A DNA stretch of 33,177 nucleotides from Nemertoderma westbladi. Its lineage: Eukaryota > Animalia > Xenacoelomorpha. The notes under the pieces were generated by a model that was not told the origin of the DNA, ran no database searches, and saw only the letters and a program-made list of their open reading frames with translations. Within the stretch, counting starts at the first letter, position 1. The number at the start of each line of letters is the position of its first letter. The stretch covers positions 1 through 33,177 of the forward strand of contig JAUCBJ010006296.1 in the NCBI GenBank assembly GCA_032718475.1. Reading direction: 5' to 3'. A program made the translations under genes and the position numbers. Of the stretch, positions 24,575-33,177 are shown piece after piece.

Positions 24575-25970
24575 TTTAAGGCAGTGATTTTTTTATGTCC
24601 TTTTATTTGACTTTTTTTGTCCTCCTTTTTTTACGAATTGTGCATAATGACTTTTGTTGTCCCTTTAATGACTTTTGTTGTCCTTTTAATGACTTTTTAT
24701 GTATGTATTTCTTAAAACTGTCAGACTGCTGATTTCTGGACTGTCAGACAGTTGATTTCAACATGCCTATGCCAAAACATTCAAAATTTGTTGATTTCTG
24801 GTCTGTCGGACAGTTGGTTTCACTATGCCTGTGCCAAAACATTCCATGATTCTATGATTCATAGACTATGAGATAGATTTCCATATGCGCCTGTGGTAGT
24901 AGACTCTAAATTTAATAGTTTGTGGTTGTTGTCGATAATCGATTACCACATGACGTAGAAAAACACTCATTTTATAGCCAAAAACAATCACCAATTGATG
25001 GAAAGGAGCGGGTTAAGGCCGGATTTTCTAACCAAAACAATAAACAGTCACTTTACCAAATGAAGGAATGGAGCAGGTTACAGAGGCGGGCCTTTCTAAC
25101 CAAAACAATAAACGATTATTTAACTAATTGAGAAAGGACCGGGTTACAGAGGCGGGATTTTCTAACCAAAACAATAAACAGTCACTTTACCAAATCAGGG
25201 AAAGGAGCAGGTTACAGAGACGGGATTTTCTAACCAAAACAATAAACGATAACATTACCAATTGAGAGAAAGGAGCAGGTTACAGAGGCGGGATTTTCTA
25301 ACCAAAACAATAAACAGTCACTTTACCAAATCAGGGAAAGGAGCAGGTTACAGAGACGGGATTTTCTAACCAAAACAATAAACGATAACATTACCAATTG
25401 AGAGAAAGGAGCAGGTTACAGAGGCGGGATTTCCTAACCAAAACAATAAACGATCACTTAACTAATTGAGGGAAAGGGGCAGGTTACAGAGGCGGGCCTT
25501 TCTAACCAAAACATTAAACGGTCACTTTACCAAATCAGGGAAAGGAGCAGGTTACAGAGGCGGGATTTTCTAACCAAAACAACCGGTCAGCCGGTAGGCC
25601 TACCAGTACCGTATTTAAATGGTTGGCTACACATTAGGCCTACAGCAGTACCGGTGCCGGTACCGGTACTAAAATACCTGCTTTATACCTACATCTGTAC
25701 ATGCAATACTGCAAAATAGTGCTCTATATACTAATACCGGTACTGATAGCCTGAGAGAACAGCAGTAGAGACACCGGTAGCATGGACACTAACAGTAAAT
25801 TTCTGGAGGACATAAAAAGTAAAAAAAAACTAATACCGGTACTGATAGCCTGAGAGAACAGCAGTAGAGAAACCGGTAGCATGGAACCTAACGGTAGATT
25901 TCTGGAGGACATAAAAAGTCAAAAAAAGGACAAAAAAGGATTTAAACAGACAATAAAAATTATTGCGCTT
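24575..25970. mobile_element. Possible degenerate foldback element carrying tandem repeats
   Basis: Left arm with gacttttt/gtcctttt units mirrors right-arm aaaaagtc/aaaggac. 99-bp duplication at 25731/25830. Confidence 0.4.
24965..25582. repeat. 68-bp tandem repeat, ~9 copies, alternating variants
   Basis: aaaggagcaggttacagag at 25201, 25269, 25337 and 25405. Tails alternate cagtcactttaccaaatcagg / cgataacattaccaattgaga. Confidence 0.92.
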
Positions 25971-25980
25971 ATTTAATGAC

Positions 25981-27588
25981 TGTGACGGAATCCGCTTGGA
26001 GTTGGCAGTAGCGAATCCCGACCGGTGTGCGAATTGTACGCGTCGTCGCGTCCGTGGGCTGCTGAACTAGTTAGTACTGGATATATATTAGGCCGAACCC
26101 GTTGAAAATGACTTCCCCCCCCCCCCCCCCCCCATGCTATCTTCCCGGTGAAAAGATAGCAACAACCTTAAGTGCGCTTCAATTCCGCTGGAATCCAATC
26201 TAATATTGGATGTGGGGTGGAATTTTCTTTCTCAGGGTCGGCTTTCCAGGCCGGTCCCCATGGGTCTGTTATCACTACCCATCCTTGGTACACCTGCGAG
26301 CTATGCCATACCAAGGCACATTATCGGGTCCCACGCATGTGTGCACCATGTCAGAGAGATCTGTCTAATGTCTCATCTTCCTACTCTAGTCAATTGGTCC
26401 CCAATCCCAGTAGCTAGTTGGAAAAGGTTATATTTTAACTATAGTGCATACATTGATTATATTGGGTATTAATTAATTAATTTTACGTACGTACATACTA
26501 ATTGCACTTGATTAATTGCACTTAGGAGTTTGTACTGTTGCGTTCATGTGGTGCCTTCCAGGCACACTTACACCCCTGTTCCTGAGTTCTAGTTTGCTCC
26601 CCCCGTCTTCGGGAACCATCTGAGTTCCTTGCCCCTATCATCATCTTGCCTGGGCCGTTTCCTTCCTTCCTGTTTATCCTTGAGGCTACTCATCCTCGCC
26701 GATACCGTATTACCAAGGGGCCGTCCAAGTATGACGTCTGCACTTTTCCCCAAAATGTTGACCCCCTCCCTCCCCTAAATCAGATGTCATCAGATAGGCG
26801 TTGACCCCCCCCCCCCCCCCCCCCTCCCCTAAATCAGATTTTAAAAAAATTTTGTAATAAACTATTATATTATGAAGATTATTTATAATCACTTGTAAAT
26901 CATTCAATTACTATTTTTAATCAAATTATGAATTATATAATTATAGTAAATTATTAATTAATATTATAATATAATAATAGTTATTCAATCAGCCAGGGAC
27001 TGATTCTATCCTCAATAATAGACAGAATTGTAGTACTGTAGTCTCTAACAATCATTAGCTTAGGATTAATGTTTCATTTTCAGGCGAACCCCAGTACCGC
27101 AGTACCCCAGTAGCACGCGTCCCAATCACTGAAACATGGTGACTGGTAACTGAAACAGAAGGTCGTGCTACGGGCCTTCGGGGGCTTCGAACAATTAAAA
27201 TAGGCAAGCTATCCTTCTAGCACCTATAAATGAACATGCTGACGTCAGATTTTGGCTGACCCCCTCCCCTCCCCTCATCAGCACGTCGTCAGATTTTCCC
27301 AACCCCCCTCCCCCCCCTAAAGTGCTGAGGTAATACTTGGACGGCCCCCAAGCCCCATTGTTGGTTCTTTGGGCGCAGGTGTTATCAACTCTCGGTATCG
27401 CTTCGCAGGTGGTCCCACTGAGTGTCCCTCATGTCTCCCTCTGGTAGCGTCCCACAAAATCATCTTCATCGCGCGCGGCACGTGTTCCCCCAGAAAGTCC
27501 CTGAATTCGATCCTATTCTCTGGTGACCATCTGTCCAGGTATCTTTGGGTGTTGATGACCCCTCCATACGATGCCACTGTCGCTACCT
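25981..27588 (-). mobile_element. LTR element C: short (~133 bp) 3' LTR, PPT and internal region
   Basis: tgtgacgg.atcc terminus shared with 29459. C-tract at 26114-26133 is the PPT on the minus strand. 26134-26285 is homologous to 30033-30182. Confidence 0.7.
26717..27348. mobile_element. Harbinger-like MITE in element C
   Basis: TIR ggggccgtccaagtat / atacttggacggcccc with 3-bp TSD caa. Confidence 0.88.
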
Positions 27589-28188
27589 TGTGAGCGGATT
27601 CAATTCCGCCTCACCAAACCCCCATAAAGTGGGAAAGAGCGCCTCTAAGCAATATTGGGAGCACGAGGTTGATTACCAATCAACCTCGTGTCACCCCAGT
27701 AAACGGGGACAATAGGCCCCAGAGAACACACACACAATAGGGGTCAGGGGTTACACCCCTGAGAGAGAGGAAAGTAACAGCAGCGGGGGGGGGGGGGGGG
27801 GGGGGGAAACACCCCCGCAGGACAGAGGGTGTGAAGTAGGTTACTAGCCAATGGGGGGAAGGCATCGGCTGAGTAGGATAATGCGGCCAACCGTGCAGTA
27901 TAATATTACCGGTAACTGTGTTACTTGCTCAGTTTACTCAGTCAGTTCAGTTAGGGTGGAATGGTGATTTCTATCACCATCCGCTACCGCCACTCCACTA
28001 TGTAATACCTATTTACCGGTACATCTTTGCTGACTTAACCCTGTTAATTGTGCTTATATCATATTACCATATACCTTCATATCAATCAAGAACTTTGGAA
28101 CCCTTAAAGAACCTTTTCACACACACGGCGGGGACGCGTAGATAGGAAAACCCACACGGATAAATCGGGGTCCACGGATCCTGTCACA
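27589..28188 (+). mobile_element. 5' LTR of element A (600 bp)
   Basis: TG...CA ends, both matching the reverse complement of 29459-30023. CCAAT near 27848, TATAAT at 27899 and TCAGTY Inr-like motifs at 27929-27952. Confidence 0.88.
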
Positions 28189-28239
28189 GTGATAGAACGT
28201 CCGTAACCCACTGTGACTCCAGCCACAAGGTAAAGAGCG

Positions 28240-29458
28240 ATGAGTCGAGAAGAAAAGACGACCCGCCGCGGACCCCGGACGGCGATCTAACGATCCGCGA
28301 GGCCACGGCGAGACGGTATCGACCCACGACGCCGGATCCGTCGACGAACGATCCGGCAATCCAAGATGGAGGGGGGCCGTCTACAACAGGGAGGACGAGT
28401 CGGGAGGAGAGAGAGACGAGTCGACACACAGCGGCGGTCGACGTACCGATGTCGCCGGCCAGCCACAGGCCGAGGGCGACGGACGGCCCACCGGAACGGC
28501 AACGGTGGAGCCGCCGGTACGACGCCGGACCCGAGGGAGAGAGGAGATGTCGGCGACGAGGACGTCGGGGTCGTCCGGCTCCGACGAGCCTACGCCGCGA
28601 CCCGGGAACAACTGAAAGAAGCTAGAGGAGGGGCCGAGATAGACCAGGTGAAGTTGAAAAGGCGACTAGGTGAGTCGAACAGATACTTTGATTACCTAGT
28701 GCGTTCTGGGCAGGGAGAACTAGCCAGGGAGAGAGCGAGAGGGGTTGCCTTCGAACTGTTTGGGCTATGGGAACGTAGGGGTATGGGGCCTGGTGCAGTG
28801 TACATAGGGCCATACTCAGTCGATGCCCGGGAAGCAAAATTAGTGGGTTGGAGGAGACCGCAGGAGGGCGAATCCGAGGTTAACCCCGAGGATTCGGTCT
28901 CGTCGGTCGGAGGAAGTTCCGGGAGGCGGGGGAAAGTTAGTAGGACGGGAAGACGGAGGGAATCCGTCACAACCGATAAGTCTGCTACATCCTCCGCAAA
29001 AGAAAGACGGATGCGGAAGATAAATCTGGCATATAAATTAGGAATGGAAGAATTAGAGCGGATAATGGGGGAGGGAAGGAGCAAGAGAGTGAACGCAAAG
29101 AGCGTGAGGCAAGAGAACAGAGCGTGCGGTACACGTACAGTACGCTAGTAGCCGTACGGGCGGGGGGGTAGTAGTAGTACGTTAGGAAATGTTGGTATTA
29201 ATAGTACCGTAGTAGGTAACCCTAATCCCTTTATTACAGGAAATGTTTTACCTGGTAGTAGTAATTTAAATTTAAATACAAATAATTAATATAATAATAT
29301 TCAGAATAATCCAAATAATTCGAATAATAATTCAAATTTAGAAAATAATAAAATTCTAATTTAAATAATTTAAATAATAATCCCGTTTCAAATTCTAATA
29401 ATTCTAATAACTTAATTGATTTAACAAATAATATTGGGAATGGTGCTATTAATGTGAA
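28240..29458 (+). pseudogene. gag-like N-terminal ORF of element A, cut by element B
   Basis: ATG at 28240 is in frame with ORF 28366-29148 (one stop). VNPEDSVSSVG followed by a Ser-rich stretch resembles BEL gag N-termini; an Asn-rich tract follows. Confidence 0.6.
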
Positions 29459-30023
29459 TGTGACGGGATCCGAGAGGATCCCGGTTTATCCGGCGTTGTT
29501 TATCTACGCGTCCCTGCCGTGTGAATGGAAAAGGTAATAGTTGTTCTAGTGTCGTTGTCGAACTCTGATACACGTTGAGATAATAAATGATATGAGTGAT
29601 ACAGATAGCACAGTAGATAACTGAGATAATAAGGTAATATACCGGTAATATGGTGACGGTGGCGACGGTCTTAACAGTCACCGTACTGCCTGACTGTACT
29701 GGGATAACTACTGAGTAAACTAACTACAATGATTACTGTACAGGTAATATATACTGCACGGGTTGGCCTCATTGCATTACCCAGCCGGTGCCTCCCCCCC
29801 ATTGGCTAATATCCCTGTTGTCGCCCTTTGCCCCCCTCTGAAGTGCTTCCCTTCGCCCTTGCTATTCTCTCTGTCAGGGGTGTAACCCCTGACCCCTATT
29901 GTGCGTTTCTCCTTCCCACTTTGTTGGGGTGACACGAGGTTGATATTTGTAATCAACCTCGTGCTCCCAATATTGCTTAACGGCTTACTTTGTGGGGTGT
30001 TAGCGGAATTGAATATGCTAACA
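29459..30023 (-). mobile_element. 3' LTR of element B (565 bp)
   Basis: Minus strand TGTTAGC...GTCACA, preceded by PPT GGGGGGGAG (30024-30032). Confidence 0.9.
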
Positions 30024-30439
30024 CTCCCCCCCATGATATCTTCCCGGTAAGAAGATAGCATCCAACTCAAGTGCGGTACAATTCCGCTGGATCCCGACCT
30101 AGTGTCGGGTGTGGGGTGGGATTATTTCCTTTCGGAGACGGCTTTCCAGGCCGCTCCCTATGGGTATGATAATGCTACCCGTTTGCCTGGCGTCCCGTGT
30201 CGGGCCGATCGTGCGCTTCTCCCACACGACTTTTGTTTCCCCAGCACTTTCGCCACTCTAACTCTACTCTACTCTCACCCCAACTCTTACACTCTCGGAC
30301 CTCTTCGTCCCTTAATCTGCCTCTTACTTCTCCCCCCCCCCCCCACACTGGAATTGCGCTCGCACTCTCTCTATACTTTGCACACCACCTCTCTACTCTC
30401 TGTCACCCCCTAAGGCCCTAATTTCTAATGCTACCCCTG

Positions 30440-31640
30440 TGCTATCATACTATCTACCTACTACTTACTTACTAACTATCTAACTCTCTTACTCTAACTA
30501 GCTCTACTAAGTCTGACTAACTCCTACTAACTCTCTAAGTCTAACTAACTCCTACTAACTCTCTACTTCTACTAAATCTCTCTAACTCTTACCGACTCTT
30601 CTAGCTCTTTAACTAGAACTCCCTAACTCTACCCACTCTTTTAGCTATGTGGCGCTTGCGGTGCCCACAACCACTCTACTATCTGGCACCCTATGTGCCT
30701 CTCTACTACTCAACTACCTTTCTAACTCTACTACCTGGCACCCTATGTGCCCTCTCTACTACCTCTAACTCTCTAACTCTACTACCTGGCACCCTATGTG
30801 CCTGTCTCTACTATTCTGCTCTCTGGCACCCTATGTGCCCACTCTACTATTTCTAACACTCCTAACTCTACTACCTGGCACCCTATGTGCCCTCCCTACT
30901 ACTTCTAACACTCTAACTCTACTCCCTGGCACCCTATGTGCCCGTCTCTACTACTCTACTCTCTGGCACCCTATGTGCCCTCTCTACTACTTCTAACACT
31001 CTAACTCTACTACCTGGCAACCTATGCGCCCGTCTCTACTACTCTACTCTCTGGCACCCTATGTGCCCTCTCAACTACTTCTAACACTCTAACTCTACTA
31101 CCTGGCACCCTATGTGCCCTCTCTACTACTCTACTCTATCTACATCTTACTCCCTTTCGTCTACTCGACTGCACGTGACGCTCTGAGTGCCGGCAGAGTG
31201 GGTACGTTAATTATGTGAACTACTACTAACTCTTACTAACTCTACTAACTCTCTACTAACTCAACTAACTCTAACTACTAACTTCTTGTGCCCGGCACCT
31301 CTTGTGCCCGGCACCCACCCTAATTAACATACCCTGCTCTTACATCAAACACGTTATCACGTCCGTGCCCCACTAAGTTCAACGCATCCCCTACTAACTC
31401 TAACTACGTGGCGCTTGCGGTGCCCACAACCACTCTGCTTACTACTACTACTTTCTACGTGGCGCTTATGGTGCCCACAACCACTACTGCTACTACTTTC
31501 TTTCTAACTAACGGTACTACGTACCCTCTTACTAACTTCTCTAACACTCCTAACCAGCACTAACCAACGGTACTACGTACCCTCTAACTAACTCTAACTA
31601 ACTAACGGTACTACTCTCTTACTACCTAACTTCTACCTAC
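30440..31640. repeat. G-poor tandem repeat region inside element B
   Basis: About 11 copies of ctggcaccctatgtgcc at ~35/51-bp spacing (30683-31118) in ctact/ctaact low-complexity sequence. Confidence 0.9.
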
Positions 31641-31671
31641 TTTATTATTTAATTATTTTATTATTTTTAAA

Positions 31672-33177
31672 TTAAATAATTATTTTATATTTTATGCGTG
31701 GGAAGGGCGTCTCGCCCTCATTCCCACCCCCCTCAGTCCAAAACTTTGGACGACCAAAAACTCTCAGGTGCCCCTTCTTCCAGTAGGCACTCTCCCGCTG
31801 CCCTCTTATACGCCCTCTAACTCTTCGCCACACTCTCTTCGGTACTACCTCTGCTGGCCTCCCCCTTCGTATGTGCGCTGGCATTAAAGGCCTCGACGAC
31901 CCCCGCTCGTACCTCGGTATACACGATGCCCGCCCATGCAATGCCCCCTCGCATCGTGCCAGCCCTGCGTGCGTATGCAACACGCCTCCTTCTACTTTCC
32001 CGGCTCCTTTATGTTTGCTCATGGGTTTCTCTGCCCCTGGTCTAGTCCTTTCACATCCTCTCCCTTTCCAACACTCTCCGGATCTGTGTCTTTTTACCAC
32101 ACATCGATGACATAGTCCGTTTGCGTCTGTGTAGGCTACACGATCTCGTTTGGGCAACGCTTGCCAGTACTTGCAACTCCTGGTCTTATGGGTTCCGTCC
32201 CGATGTAAATAACATTCGAATCCTGGATTATAGCGTTTCCTGTATAGTCCTTCACCTATCGCGCCTAGGTTTATATGTACCGATTTAGTGTTTTGGTTGA
32301 CTAGACTCGGCCTACTGGGTATATTGGGATTGTGTTTATTTTTGGTGTTATTTTCTTTCTGTCCCTGCCACGGCGTGGCCCTGCTACCAGCTAACTGTGG
32401 ACTAGCAGTCCCCTGTATGGCCGCGTGTGGTAGCGACTGTCCGCACGACCTGTTCTCGTCCAAGGGGTTCGATGTTCTTGCTCCTATTGGGGTATATTGT
32501 CGATATTGTGATGGGGGAATGTCACCCTGCCCCCCCCCCCCCCCCCCCCCCCACCGGTATGTTTGGTACTGGGGTTGATGTTAATATATTGGGGCCCATA
32601 CATCTATCTCCAATAACTCTCCCCTCCCTGGATATATGTTATGTCCCTGTGTATTATAGTCATGCTGCTGTACCGATATAGGCCTACCCACTTCCTGCCT
32701 ACCTACCGGTATGTACTCCGCGGCTTCCGGGTTTAATCCCGTCGTTCGCGCTACCCTATCGCCTATTCTATCTCTCCCAGCATGACCTATAATAGTATAT
32801 GCAGTAAGGCCTACAGTATGTCCTGCAGTCTGCATGTGCCCTTTCGAACCGAAGTTTATTCTTCGCGAATCTCGAATCTCCCCGCGACTACCGCACCCTC
32901 GATCGGCAGCTATATCCCGTCGGGAAGCTTCTCTTCGATCCCCTCTCCTGTTCTCGACTTTGCATTGGTACGTCCTGTACCCCTCTCTTGGCGTGCGGTG
33001 CGTTTCTCCGGGGTGACGGCGGCAATCTCCCGAAGTTCGACCCCACTGACTCCCTAACTCCCTGCGTGGCCACATATGGTAGCGACTGTCTCACCTTCGG
33101 AAGTGCATTCGCCGCATTATGTTCGGGTTTAGGCCTGTTGTATTCAGCTTTGGGTGCCTTCCCCAAACTGTCCTCAC
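31672..33177 (-). pseudogene. gag-like region of element B with BEL-type zinc knuckles; no pol downstream
   Basis: CYLHRDGTHKTRSC..DR..GLCHRCVVKRHRSGECWKGRGC and LNPEAAEYIP. ORFs break around the C-tract near 32530. Confidence 0.7.

Noticed and set aside
27589-28188. Retrozyme hammerhead in the LTR
   Set aside because: No CUGANGA/GAAA core with flanking stems was found by eye.
27589-30023. Single DIRS-like element with inverted LTRs
   Set aside because: The LTRs are clearly diverged and the second abuts its own PPT and internal region, so these are two nested elements.

Overview
Eukaryotic (probably invertebrate animal) genomic window, dominated by nested transposons, with two convergent host genes: a CocE/NonD-type serine hydrolase terminal exon (+, 13836-15544) and intronless kinetochore SPC25 (-, 18010-18801). 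A 33-bp minisatellite lies between them. On the left is a decayed BEL/Pao LTR retrotransposon (- strand), interrupted by an RTE LINE 3' fragment (12-bp TSD) and by an LTR of a second family. The middle holds a Crypton-like relic, MITEs, a second RTE fragment and a nest of DNA transposons upstream of SPC25. On the right are three nested members of an apparently gag-only LTR family. Three observations stand out. (1) This family has no tRNA-type PBS; the 9 nt after the LTR are complementary to a site inside its own LTR, which suggests self-priming. (2) It carries a covarying RNA structure next to the PPT. (3) A 20-nt hairpin recurs six times in the BEL ORF and is read in all three frames. All family assignments come from motifs recognised by eye; no database searches were run.
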